Source of the DNA: Tubiluchus corallicola
Lineage: Eukaryota > Animalia > Priapulida
Assembly: GCA_030141605.1 (NCBI GenBank)
Contig: JAQGDQ010000320.1
Location: 62,001 to 126,000 of the forward strand
Direction of reading: 5' to 3'
Length of the DNA stretch: 64,000 nucleotides
Below the pieces are notes generated by a model that saw nothing but the letters and a program-made list of their open reading frames with translations, did no database searches and had not been told where the DNA came from. Both the position numbers and the translations under genes were made by a program. Position 1 is the stretch's first letter, and the number at the start of each line of letters is the position of its first letter. This document shows, piece by piece, positions 33,145-46,393 of the stretch.

Positions 33145-34203
33145 TTTTGTTTATGCACAAAAGTTCAACTTTAGAACGAAAAGGAAACTGCAACAGAGTG
33201 TATTTCTGAATCTTGAATTTAATGATTATTTTTTTATTATTATTATTAATATCGTAAATTTAACTTGCAGCTAATTAATAGAGTGCACATTTGCATGAGA
33301 AATTATATTTTTATTAAAGATGTATTTGCGATTTACTTTCAATGAACATAATTGTGCTGAATAAATTCCAGTGATTCAATTTTACACGGTTTTCTTGGAT
33401 TCAGTAAAAATAACAAAAGGTTTCAAATTTATCCAAACTCATTTTTGTCAAAGTTATCATTTTACTTCTTTTGCCGTACTTGACCAGGATTGGTAAATAT
33501 TTGCTGCAATACCCAAATCTTGCTAGTACTAAAACATTTTTTGATGTGAACTGACCACTGAGCAGTGGTCAAAAATTGGTTGGCATATTTTCTAGCACTC
33601 CTCGCTTAATGGAGAGTTACTTAACCATGAAATGTCAAAACAACACGAACAACAATGGAGTCAATTTCAACCTACAGTACATACAGTATACACAAGGAAT
33701 ATTATGTGATCATCCAAATCTGAAAGCAAATTGGGGTCGAATTTTTGACTTTCGAACCGAATTTTAAGATCTTGAATCCGAATCAAACTTGAACTCCCTT
33801 TTTAAAATTTTCCAATCGTTAATAAAAATCACTCTGTTAGATCGTGTTTAATAATTTGTTTAAAACTTGGGCACAGAAACCACAGCTAAATTGTCTTGAT
33901 TGCATGATCTTTCAACGTTTTAATGATAAAGAGTGTATGTAGTTAAGGTGTTAAATTATTTGAATTTATGATATTTTAGGCATGAATTGAATTCGCATTA
34001 CGATTCGAATGCTTGAACTCGGGGTTGTATGCTCACCCCGACTGATAACACCAACAATCACTTTACATTGCATAAATTATATTATATTCTCCAAGAGACC
34101 ATTTGACAGAGCATGCTAATGCGACTGAACTGCACTCTATCTTGTAAAAGCGAGTTTGTAAAAACACATTGTGGAAAAATTACAAAGTGAAGATAAAACT
34201 AAT

Positions 34204-35060
34204 GGTACATTCACACTAGCAAGCTTCTCTCTGACAGCAATCTTGCAGGTGTGAACTACTTTGCGAATTACTTTCTGTCGGCAAGAAATCGCAAACTCTC
34301 TGTCAGTTGCTGTGAGTTACTCTCGACAGTGAATAGAGAAGTGATGTCAGCTCGCACTTGCTGTTGGAGAGTAACTCGCACCAAGTTTTGTTCTCTAATA
34401 TGAACACGCTTGTGAGTTACTTGACGAGTTACTCTCGACAGTTCTCACAGTGAATAGAGAAGCGAGTGTCAGCTCGCACTTGCTGTTGGAGAGTAACTCG
34501 CACCAAGTTTTGTTCTCTAATATGAACACGCTTGTGAGTTACTTGACGAGTTACTCTCGACAGTTCTCACAGTGAATAGAGAAGCGAGTGTCAGCTCGCA
34601 CTTGCTGTCGGAGAGTAACTTACACCAAGTTTTGTTCTCTAATATGAACACGCTTGTGAGTTACTTGACAAGTTACTCTCAGCAGTTCTCACAGTGAATA
34701 AAGGAGCGAGTGTCAGCTCGCACGTTCTGTCAGAGAGTAACTCGCACCAAGTTTTGTTCTCTAATATGAACACGCATGTGAGTTACTTGACGAGTTACTC
34801 TCAATACTTCTCACACTGAATAGAGAAGCGACTATCAGCTCACACGTTCTGTCAGAGAGTAACTCGCTCCATGTTTTGTTCTCTAATCTGAACACGCTTG
34901 TGAGTTACTTGACGAGTTACTCTCGACAGTTCTCACAGTGAATACAGAAGCGAGTGTCAGCTCGCACTTGCTGTTGGAGAGTAACTCGCACCAACTTTTG
35001 TTTTCTAATATGAACACGCTTGTGACTTGACGCGAGCAAGCTTGCTAGTCTAAGTGAGCC
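34204..35060. mobile_element. MITE (PIF/Harbinger-like ends) containing a 122-bp satellite x~6
   Basis: Ends GGTACATTCACACTAGCAAGCTT / AAGCTTGCTAGTCTAAGTGAGCC; internal period 122 (34426, 34548, 34670, 34792, 34914). Confidence 0.65.
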
Positions 35061-35492
35061 AAAAAATAAAAAAGTGGTAGTTTAGTGCTATCTTTAAACA
35101 AGTACTCTAAGTACACTTCACAGTACTTTAAACAAGTACTCTAAGTACAGTACAGTACTCTACAGTTCACTTCAGTCATGCTCTCCAAGTTTTATATCTA
35201 AAAATTTCATTCTAGCAATTCTAAGTAATCCTGCTTATCTATTATTTTTACTTCAGTTGTCGATTATCGTAATAAAATAAGGGGGTGATGATTCTTAGTT
35301 AACTTACGTCTTTTTACTAGGATGTTAAGTAATATTTTACCCCTAATTGCTCGATGAATTCTACCACTTTATCATAAAACATGTGCCATAAACATTTGCT
35401 TAAATCATAAAAAATTCATTCTATTGGGAGTTTATTGGGAAAGGTTATAAAGGTTTATTATTCTGAGCCATCTCAGACACAAGCTGATAAAT

Positions 35493-35800
35493 AAACATAA
35501 GGAAAACATAATATGTAATTACGATATTTCAATATTTATATCAAAATCGTAATTACATATTATGTTTCCCTTATGTTTCCTTGCTATTATTACATCATTT
35601 ACTTTATTACATCAATTTCATTAAGTCATCTACAAAAGCACGCATAACTTTAATAATTTTTTCATTTTCATTTAAGTAAGGTGAGTGTGTTAATGACCGT
35701 ATGGTCGTACACTCACCTCACACTACTCAAATCATTTTATTTATTGTTTATTTATGTGTACAATATTGTATTTTGATGTGTGAAATAAAATTCATAGTTC
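35493..35800 (+). mobile_element. Retroelement 3' end (same family as 6733-7137) with fold-back at its 5' junction
   Basis: Homology to 6733-7137; 33-bp inverted arms at 35493-35525 and 35546-35578. Confidence 0.6.
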
Positions 35801-36087
35801 ATATGCATATCAGGAAGTATTGGGACGTCAGACCAAGCTACATAATGTCAGATTGACAGTCGATTATCGAGCCAAAATAATCAGTAATCGTCAGTAATCA
35901 GCCAAATCTTTACGTAAAATGCAACAGTAGTGAAGTCGCATTAAAAAGTTCCATCAGTTCTCACCAACACTGCAAACACTAACAATTACTTCAATGTAGA
36001 GTACACACTTGTAAGAAGAATAGTCACAACAGCTTAATTAACAATAGCAGCGAGCTCTGCGCACGCACAAAGCACGGAAGTCGAGTG

Positions 36088-36770
36088 TCACCGTTTGCTT
36101 GGCTGACTCTGACGAATCGACTTCTCAATCTCAAACTCCCTGAGATCTGTCCTCTCCAGGAAGGCTTTCCTTTCTAAGAATCTGCAAGAGCGTCAAAAAG
36201 TTATAAATGTAAACTTTAGTTGTTTGTTTTTTGTTTGCAAACTTTTGTAAAAAGTTTGGTCGCAAGGAAGTCAAGAATGTTCATAATAAGTACAGTATTT
36301 AATTGGTTCTAAACTCAAGATCAAGACAAAAATGAGCTTTCTCTGCATTAACAGATTTCTAACTGGGTGAAGATCAGTTGTATTTTAATATAAACATTTA
36401 CATGAAGCTACAAAAAGAGGCAAGTTCTGTGTCTAGCCCATTTTGGGCTTACGGGACATGACTTTAAGTTATATAAAAACTACTGCAGATTGAATATTTG
36501 CAAATTCTCTTTTTTCCTACGATAACGAATCATAGATGTTTGCAATTCTTTAACTTATGACACAGTTGATGACTCTAACGTTAAAGATTTTACATCATTG
36601 TTAGAGAATGGAAACTTGTTGCAACTTTGTAAATTTGATTGTAACTTGTTAACAGAGAGGCACATATAAGTACTCTGCCTGGGTGACTTCTCCCTTTTCT
36701 CTTGTACTACATTGTAATACTGTTTTGAAAAGAATCAATCAATCAGTCAGTCAGTCTGTGTGTCTGTCTA

Positions 36771-36818
<48 letters not shown>

Positions 36819-39800
36819 GCTATCTATCTATCTATCTATCTATCTACTGTGTTGAAAAGAATAAATCAAATCAAATCAAATAAGAAAAACAAAAAAACTA
36901 AGATTTCCACCACTGGGCCACAGACATACTGTCAAGGATGCAGTCATGCGATACACATTGTGGCTAGGAAGTTTTCATGCAAGAAATAACTAGACAACAG
37001 TTTGTTCAACAGCCAAACGGTACAGAATGAGGTTTGGAACTTTCACAGGCTTCATAATATTAACAATTCAAAGACTTGGGTACTTTGTGTGAAGTAATTA
37101 TGCGTACAACAACGTCTTACTGGTAGAAATGCAATCTGATTTTGTTGCGCAGTCTAATTCGAGATCCACTGTTGTTTAAGAGATGCTAAAAAAGCTTGCA
37201 AATCTTATGGTAGTTGGTTGACTAATCGTGTCACAATTGTTGTGATAATGCAGCATATGATTTGCAATGTTTGCACAGATTATGAACAAAACCGCTTACG
37301 ATTTTTTTGACTTGTTGTGGAGAGTCAACTCCTCTTCGAGCGACTGTTCCTTCTTGAATGAATCCCAGTCTAACTTTGATTTATCCTGTCAAAAAAAAGT
37401 TTAACAAAATAGTTATTTGATACCTGGTGGCTTGAAGAAACAAAAAAAATTAAATTGAATTGGAATCTTTTATGGCACAGTAAATATGTTCTGAAGTAGT
37501 GTCTACATAATCAGTGAGGCAGTGTTGTGTCGGACGGTCAGCAAGCAAGTGACCAAAACTGTCTACATAATCAGAGAGGTAGTGTCGTGTAGGACGGTCA
37601 GCAAGCAAGTGACCAAAACTGTCTACATAATCAGTGAGGTAGTGTCGTGTCGGACGGTCAGCAAGCAAGTGACCAAAACTGTCTACATAATCAGAGAGGT
37701 AGTGTCGTGTCGGACGGTCAGCAAAAAGCAAGGACCAAACTGTCTACATAATCAGGAGGTAGTGTCGTCGGACGGCAAGCAAGTGACCAAAACTGTCTAA
37801 TCAGTGAGGTAGTGTCGTGTCGGACGGTCAGCAAGCAAGTGACCAAAACTGTCTACATAATCAGTGAGGTAGTGTCGTGTCGGACGGTCAGCAAGCAAGT
37901 GACCAAAACTGTCTACATAATCAGTGAGGTAGTGTCGTGTCGGACGGTCAGCAAGCAAGTGACCAAAACTGTCTACATAATCAGAGAGGTAGTGTCGTGT
38001 CGGACGGTCAGCAAGCAAGTGACCAAAACTGTCTACATAATCAGAGAGGTAGTGTCGTGTCGGACGGTCAGCAAGCAAGTGACCAAAACTGTCTACATAA
38101 TCAGAGAGGTAGTGTCGTGTCGGACGGTCAGCAAGCAAGTGACCAAAACTGTCTACATAATCAGTGAGGTAGTGTCGTGTCGGACGGCCAGCAAGCAGGT
38201 GACCAAAACTGTCTACATAATCAGTGAGGTAGTGTCGTGTCGGACGGTCAGCAAGCAAGTGACCAAAACTGTCTACATAATCAGTGAGGTAGTGTCGTGT
38301 CGGACGGTCAGCAAGCAAGTGACCAAAACTGTCTACATAATCAGTGAGGTAGTGTCGTGTCGGACGGTCAAGTAGCAAGTGACCAAAACTGTCTACATAA
38401 TCAGTGAGGTAGTGTCGTGTCGGACGGTCAGCAAGCAAGTGACCAAAACTGTCTACATAATCAGTGAGGTAGTGTCGTGTCGGACGGTCAGCAAGCAAGT
38501 GACCAAAACTGTCTACATAATCAGTGAGGTAGTGTCGTGTCGGACGGTCAGCAAGCAAGTGACCAAAACTGTCTACATAATCAGAGAGGTAGTGTCGTGT
38601 CGGACGGTCAGCAAGCAAGTGACCAAAACTGTCTACATAATCAGAGAGGTAGTGTCGTGTCGGACGGTCAGCAAGCAAGTCACCAAAACTGTCTACATAA
38701 TCAGTGAGGTAGTGTCGTGTCAGACGGTCAGGTAGCAAGTGACCAAAACTGTCTACATAATCAGTGAGGTAGTGACGTGTCGGACGGTCAGCAAGCGACC
38801 AAAACTGTCTACATAATCAGGGAGGTAGTGTCGTGTCGGACGGTCAAGTAGCAAGTGACCAAAACTGTCTACATAATCAGTGAGGTAGTGTCGTGTCGGA
38901 CGGTCAGCAAGCAAGTGACCAAAACTGTCTACATAATCAGTGAGGTAGTGTCGTGTCGGACAGTCAGCAAGCAAGTGACCAAAACTGTCTACATAATCAG
39001 TGAGGTAGAGACTACGGCCAAATCACGTTGAAAACACCGTTTCTCATCTGATCACTGAAGTTAAGCAACGTAGAGCCTGGTTAGTACTTGGATGGGTGAC
39101 CACCTAGGAATGCCAGCCACTGTAGGCTCGCGGGATGTCCACACTGTATCTCGACAATAGGCAGAGGAGCTGCACAAGCAGCCAACGGCTACAGGGCGGA
39201 GGAGGTCAAGTGACCCAACGGCCATGTGTAGAGGAGTAAACCTTCTAAATCAGGAGTGGAGCCCCGAAGGCGGACCAGTCCAGCATGCTCACTGACTCCG
39301 GGAGCTCCTGCAACCAACCCGGTGCCAAACGTATCGCTCCGCTTTCCTTTGGACTACACCAGGGAGGAAGAGAGGGGGTTCCTGTTGTTTGGGCAACTCG
39401 GAATCTCCATACACCTTGCCCAGGCGTGCGCCCTGGAGACGTTCAAGGATCGGACTACTCAGCCACAGTCGATGCTGCAGCTCCATCAATGTGATCAATA
39501 ACTGACTCTCTTGGCGCACACTCCATTGTCTTCCGAGACAGAAGGATGCCAACCAGTGTCATGTTGGACGGACAGGAAGCAAGAGACCAAAACTTACCAA
39601 TGTGCTCATCTTATTCTTCCTGTTGATGAATCCTAAGACACTACTTAAACCTCCGGGCTTTCCAGGCTGGCTAGTTGAAGAGGCTGAGGTGATGACTGTG
39701 CTATCCTCTTGAGATTTAGCATCATCACTTTGTAATTTTCTCTTTTCTTGGGCTTTAGCTTCCTTTGAATCTGCATCTACAGTGTTTGACACCCTGTAAA

Positions 39801-42800
39801 ATATCACAGCTTACAGGCACCAGAATGGGAAAAAAGTTATTCAAAGAGAGACTAACATCTGAAAAAATTTACTGTATTTTTTTACCAAAGTACCAAGGTA
39901 AGTTACACTAGCAAACAGTCACTTGAACTACTTATAAAGTATTTAATAATATGTAACGAAAAATGTCAAAAGCGAGTTAAACGCTCAGAAGTATGAATTA
40001 AAGTACTCGAGCCGTTTTATAGGACTTAGTTTCTCACAGTTAAAGTACAAGAAAACTCTTTGCTTATATAAAGCTGGAAAAATTCGAATTGAAATTTTGT
40101 ATCACCTACGTAGAGCATATTGTGCACAGAGGTTGTTGTAGCAACAAAGCTGCATAAAACTCCCGCGATGATCGGCAGGTGCAGCCATTTTGACGGTAAA
40201 TTGCTTGAAATAAGTTTAGATAACATTAGGTGAAATCTGAATAAATAATCAGAGCATTTGTAGCATAGACTTCACTAAGTAAGCAAAAGTGTAAATTACT
40301 GTATCTTGTCAAAAAGATTAAAAATATGTTTTTTGGTGAGTCAGTAGTGCATACTGGGAAGGGTAGTCAGTGACGTTTACCAGTTGGCACAAACATCTCA
40401 ACTTACTAAGAAATTTCATTTCTAGTTACATAAGTTATTCAAGCAGGCACGCGTAATGCGAAGTGACATAACTTTGTGAGGAAAGTTTTTTTTGGGACAT
40501 ACTTTACAATAGTCTTTTCCAGCTCTTTGAGCTTTCAAGGCAGTTACTGCAAATACATTTTTATTAACAGTTAACAAAATGACAAAGTACGATAAAGCGA
40601 CTAACCTAATTTGTTCGCCAGCAAAATCGAACACTTTAGTGACTGTTACTTGAGGTTTCTTGTGAGGTTTACTAGACGTTGTAGGAAAACTCAGTTTGGA
40701 GTGAACCTGGTCTGTTGACTAAAGTGAAACAGGTTTAATTATTAAACAATGCAAACAGAATGTTGCCATTGAAGAGTAACTGCCAAAATATCTGCAAAGA
40801 TCAAATGACTTCTGCATTACTTTCACGTTTCAGACATTGACGCAAGCAAGTTATGCTACATTTTAGACGCATCTGCGAAAATGCAAGAACTCTACTTACA
40901 TGAAGCTAAATAATCATCTTCAAATTTCGTGTCACCTACATATTATACACAGAGACTGTATTAGCGGCAGTGCTGTATAAAAATTGAAACTCGAGCAATG
41001 GCCGTTGGATGCAACCATTTTGATGGTGGGTCATTTGAAACAAGTTCAGATAACATTGCGTATAAAGTTTAAAAAACAATCAGAGCATCCATAGTGCATA
41101 CGTTACTAACTAAGCAAAAGTGTAAATGACCATATCTTGCTAATAACATTAAAAAAACTTTTTTTGGTGAGTCAGTGGTGCACACTGGGTTGGTGAGTCA
41201 GTGGTGCACACTGGGTTGGTGAGTCAGTGGTGCACACTGGGTTGGTGAATCAGTGGTGCACACTGGGAAGGTGAGTCAGTGACATATTACCAAGTGGTAT
41301 GAACATTTTAAACAGCTAGAATTTTCTTTTCTAGTTATATAAGTCTTTCAAACAGTTAAGCATAATGCTAAGAAATAAAACTTTGTGTGAAAAGTTTTTG
41401 GAAAGTTTAAAATTGCCTTTCATCCATTTTAAATACTACTAGTAATTAAACTAGGAGCAGAAATACACTGTTACTATGACATCAACTAAAATTCACAACA
41501 CAACATACAACATGGACATAAACATGACACAATGCACACTAACATTATTAGATGTATGAACAGGTGCATCATTACTTACAGTTTTTACAGTCTTCCGAGA
41601 AGAACCGACATCTTGAAGAAAGCTTGACCACAGGTCATCTGCTTTTCTTTTCTCTTCTTCGGCTTTTTGCTCCTAAATTAAAATTGGATCATTGTAAATC
41701 AGTTTTCCGCGCACATTTCGTAAAACTTATTACTCACGTGCAGGATAACACAAAAGATCGGGAAAACTCCAAAATATTATTTAAAAAAAACTGAACAGAA
41801 ACGATTGTATTAATTTCATACAAAAACAGACACATATGATGTCACACTTACCCTTTAGAACTTCTCTAAGTACAGCAGTTATTTGTTCATCACAGGGATG
41901 TTTCAACTTATATTAGAATTAAGCACTAATACAGAATGACAAATGTAAGTCCATTCAAACTCTAACACCAGGAAGCAGTTAATAATGATAAGAAAAGATA
42001 AGATAATTTTTATTTTCATCGGTATGATATAAAACAGTACATATTTGTAAAACATGAGCTTAAAGCTCGTAAACCGATATCAAACATAATGTATATGAGC
42101 GATAACATGGTAATAATATGTACTTCTTAAAATCTTTTGGATCCAACCTACATGAAGACAGTAAAAATTTGAGACAGTAAAATTTTAGGCAGTAACATTA
42201 TGACAAATGATAATACAAATTATGACAAATGATAATACACAGATGACAAATTTACCGAAAAAACGTAAAAGTGCAGCGAATATCATTGAATTGCATAAGA
42301 ATGCGGTACATCCAAGGTTCAACGGCATTAGACTTATAACTTAAATATCGCCAGTTCAAATCCCACTTTAACTTCACTGTCTTTTCGTGCTACCTTGTTT
42401 GTCCCAAGCTTGGGTATTTTCAGATAGGCAATCCCACAATTACTCTGTTTCAAAATGTAACAAAATAACGACAGGTAAATGAAATAGCCACAGCCCAAGA
42501 CCAACAAATATCTAAATATTGTTCAAAAATCACTTTGAATTTTTTGTATTGTCCATATATGGCGTTAGACACCATGAAAATTTAATTTCTTATGCTGACT
42601 AATAGGGGTAGCCAATTTAACGGTCAATTTTCTACAATTAGATTACTATTAGTTAGTTAGATCAGCTACTGATTTAACTACTTTAGTTAAATCAAATTTA
42701 CATTTAGTTTTGTTATAATATTTGCATTTTATGGCACACAGGCAAAAACGTACCTAACACACTAACTTGAAATGTACGCTGTACGGGAACCGAGGCTTGG

Positions 42801-45799
42801 CATAATGTTGTGCAAAAAACTTTCCTTTTAGTGGTACTCATACTCATTAAACTTACCGCATTTATAAACCGCACATGTAATTGACTACGCATTTTGTTAA
42901 CCATACGCCGCTAGTATCCAGTAACCATATTAAAGTGATGTGACATAAACTGCATTCATTTACACATGCCATTGTTTTATTATTACAATTATTATTTTGT
43001 CAAGACTAACCTCTGTTTGACCAAGAGCTTCTTTTTCGCTACAAGTATTTACTTTCCCTGTTGCAGTAGCCAGTCGTTTTCTGGAAAAACAGGCTTTACT
43101 TCAAATATACGTTGCACGTTTCTTATTATTATAAATTAGAACACATATAAGAGTTGAGTTAGCAAATACATCATATATTAAGTAACCCGCAGCACAGCAA
43201 TCTTTTTGCAATTGTAATTAATACACACTTAGAAACCTATAGGCACTTTACACTTATATATCTTCAAAGTTGGTCTGACGAAATGCATGTATGCTGACAT
43301 AATATTCAAAAATGGTCTGACCAAATGCATGTATGCTGACATAATATTCAAAAATGGTCTGACCAAATGCATGTATGCTGACATAATATTCAAAAATGGT
43401 CTGACCAAATGCATGTATGCTGGCATAATATTCAAAGATGGTCTGACCAAATGCATGTATGCTGGCATAATATTCAAAGATGGTCTGACCAAATGCATGT
43501 ATGCTGGCATAATATTCAAAGATGGTCTGACTAAATGCATGTATGCTGACACAATATTCAAAGATGGTCTGACCAAATGCATGTATGCTGGCATAATATT
43601 CAAAGATGGTCTGACCAAATGCATGTATGCTGGCATAATATTCAAAGATGGTCTGACCAAATGCATGTATGCTGACACAATATTCAAAGATGGTCTGACC
43701 AAATGAATGTATGCTGACACAATATTCAAAGATGGTCTGACCAAATGCATGTATGCTGACACAATATTCAAAGATGGTCTGACCAAATGCATGTATGCCG
43801 ACATAATATTCAAAGATGGTCTGACCAAATGCATGTATGCCGACATAATATTCAAAGATGGTCTGACCAAATGAATGTATGCTGACACAATATTCAAAGA
43901 TGGTCTGACTAAATGCATGTATGCTGACACAATATTCAAAGATGGTCTGACCAAATGCATGTATGCTGGCATAATATTCAAAGATGGTCTGACCAAATGC
44001 ATGTATGCTGGCATAATATTCAAAGATGGTCTGACCAAATGCATGTATGCTGACACAATATTCAAAGATGGTCTGACCAAATGAATGTATGCTGACACAA
44101 TATTCAAAGATGGTCTGACCAAATGCATGTATGCTGACACAATATTCAAAGATGGTCTGACCAAATGCATGTATGCTGACACAATATTCAAAGATGGTCT
44201 GACCAAATGCATTTATGCTGACATAATATTCAAAGATGGTCTGACCAAATGAACGTATGCTGATGTAACCATTACATTATGGCTGAAGTAACTATCAAAG
44301 ACTTGGTACACAAATTTCACCACACGTGTACAAAGTCATTTCAATTCTTATCTGAGATTTCTCTGAAAATCTTCTTACTAAATTAATAAACACTATAACG
44401 TCTCAAACCTGCTTTCCTTTCTGACTTTTTTCTGTTTCCTTTTCCGGCTTTCACTCTTTTTGGGGGAGTCATCCCCATCACTTTCTCTTTGGTTTGTTTC
44501 TTCTTCATCGGCTGACACGTCATCGCTCTGCTCCCCCTCACCTGGAGAAAATGTTAAGTAGTCACACTAAGAATTTCTAATTCTAATTCTTTTGCAGCAT
44601 GTGTTTTTCATGATGATACTGCCCAGTGTCATATTTCCGCAAGTAAATTCTTAAAAAATTCCCATCTTTAATAATTTTGCAAATTTTTCCGATAAAGTTT
44701 CTTCACGTCAAAAATTACATGGTCTGGATATAGCAAAGCAAACGTTTCTAAAATAAGCTGTTAACATTTCTTAGTGCAAATCATTTACTTTATAAATATA
44801 AAATAAATAAAAACAAATAATAAATAAATAACAGGTTTTACTAAAGAATCTCAACATAGTAGTAAAATTGAATACAAGGTGTGAATGCAATAAAAACAGA
44901 AAACGAGTCACACAGACATTGCTTACAAGATAAAAACTGTAGAGAAATGACATCAATAAGTCACTAAAACAGTTTAAAAGCAACTGTGAGAACAAATCTT
45001 TTACTAGAATTTCAAAAAAAGTTCCTCATCACTATTTATGGTTCTAATTACAACAGGCATTGTTTGCAATGTTCTGTTCAAATTTTAGACATAACTAATT
45101 TATTAGTACTTTGAGTAGAACTATTGCTTATACTAAGCTGTGAAGCAAGTATTTATGATACTAATAAAATTACGAGTTAACTTTTGTCCTGAATTTTGCA
45201 GAGTAATCGGGTTAAGTTTTTGTAAAGCATCATCATAACTAATAAAATCATTGCTGAAAATCGTTCTAACACACTTTTACAAAAATAGAGCTAACTTGAA
45301 AACCAGATAGAGAGTGATTTTTTTTTTAGTTGAGAGGTTTAGAGCTAAACGACTAGTGACTTAAAAAACTCCTGCTAGGAAAAATAGTTAAAGAAGGAAA
45401 ACGAACACAAAATGAACAAGTGATTGACTATAATTCTAAATTGCTTATAGAAAAACAGTCGCTTTGTAGTAATTAGTTGATGAACCTCAGTGACTGGCTA
45501 ACAAAACACTTAATTGTCAAAATTTTTCCGACATGAAAATGCTACAAATCTGCCAAAAGATGTCACTAGTTCAGCGTGTGGTTGCCACGCCAACTTTAAC
45601 GTAAATGAAACATTTGAAACTATATGTAGGTCAGCCCTTCGCTGTTATAGCAGTCAACTCCAGTTAGCTAAGCCGGCAGATGATATAGTCGGGGTGTCAG
45701 GTATTCTACACTATGACAAACATTACCTGAGGGAACATAATCTTCATCATCGGTATCTGATGACAATTGTTCATTTGCGTGCTTCTCTGCAGCTTCCAT
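36088..45799 (-). CDS. CFDP1: Craniofacial development protein 1 / BCNT (Swc5/Yeti homologue), 8 coding exons, 285 aa
   Basis: Exons 45799-45727, 44541-44409, 43080-43011, 41672-41580, 40718-40606, 39793-39598, 37385-37300, 36181-36088; phase-compatible, 858 nt. Motifs DEDYVPSG, DDLWSSFLQDVG, TKVFDFAGEQIRV, GGLSSVLG, KMSTLDKSKLDWDSFK, FLERKAFLERTD.REFEIEK (BCNT domain). Confidence 0.95.
36733..36847. repeat. (TCAG/TCTG/TCTA)n compound microsatellite
   Basis: Directly visible. Confidence 0.9.
37500..39008. repeat. 60-bp minisatellite, ~25 units, filling most of CFDP1 intron 6
   Basis: Unit TCAGTGAGGTAGTGTCGTGTCGGACGGTCAGCAAGCAAGTGACCAAAACTGTCTACATAA; a diverged half-unit continues at 39555-39594 beyond the SINE. 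Confidence 0.97.
39010..39554 (+). mobile_element. 5S rRNA-derived SINE (SINE3), copy 2, longer form
   Basis: 5S head 39010-39128; same body and 3' end (TTGTCTTCCGAGACAGAAGGATGCCAAC) as copy 1, plus ~121 nt (39334-39454) absent from copy 1; no T4 run. Confidence 0.9.
40150..40520 (+). mobile_element. Dispersed repeat family B, copy 2
   Basis: Homology to 19860-20350 and 40980-41440; boundaries approximate. Confidence 0.55.
40980..41440 (+). mobile_element. Dispersed repeat family B, copy 3, with internal 26-bp x4 repeat
   Basis: GGTGAGTCAGTGGTGCACACTGGGTT repeated from 41166 with period 26. Confidence 0.6.
43258..44265. repeat. 42-bp minisatellite, ~23 units, CFDP1 intron 2
   Basis: Unit GACCAAATGCATGTATGCTGACACAATATTCAAAGATGGTCT with few variant positions. 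Confidence 0.97.
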
Positions 45800-46352
45800 G
45801 GCAATTATACTGATCTCGAGTCTAAAAAAGCAAACTATTGCAGCAAAGAAATGAAGTAACTCTAAAGTCAGAATCATCCAACAATACATAGCATGCAGAA
45901 TAAATATGCAGCAATTAAATATATAAAGAAGCAAGGCAACTCCGCAGGTTTGCCCGACCCACTGCCAAACGAAAAAGGATGAGAAAATTTACAAATTTAG
46001 AAAATGCACTTACATATTATGCAGATAATTGTAAGATATGTAGATATGCGCCTACACAAGTACATATATCGTATATACGTGTGTACAAGTCAACCTTATG
46101 TATAAGTCGATGAGCATTTTAAGACCAAAAATTGCATCATTTTATATATTACCTGTGTACAAGTCGATGTGCATTTTAAGACCAAAAATTGCATCATTTT
46201 ATATATTACCTGTGTACAAGTCGACCATAAAATATTAAGATTTTCCAGAGTAAATGATGTCAACAATGGCCGAGTAATAAATCAATAGCTTACTGTGTTA
46301 GTGTGTAAGATACGTGCAAGTGCCTGGGCCGAGTATATTATACCTATCCGAT

Positions 46353-46393
<41 letters not shown>

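Noticed and set aside
32886-33274. ORFs over the 54-bp triple repeat
   Set aside because: Short, repeat-derived, with no linked exons or recognisable homology.
37797-38738. 313-aa and 187-aa repetitive ORFs
   Set aside because: By-products of a 60-bp unit (multiple of 3, stop-free in some frames) inside a CFDP1 intron; indels break the frame at array ends.
43229-44212. 327-aa repetitive ORF
   Set aside because: Translation of the 42-bp intronic minisatellite; no flanking gene structure.
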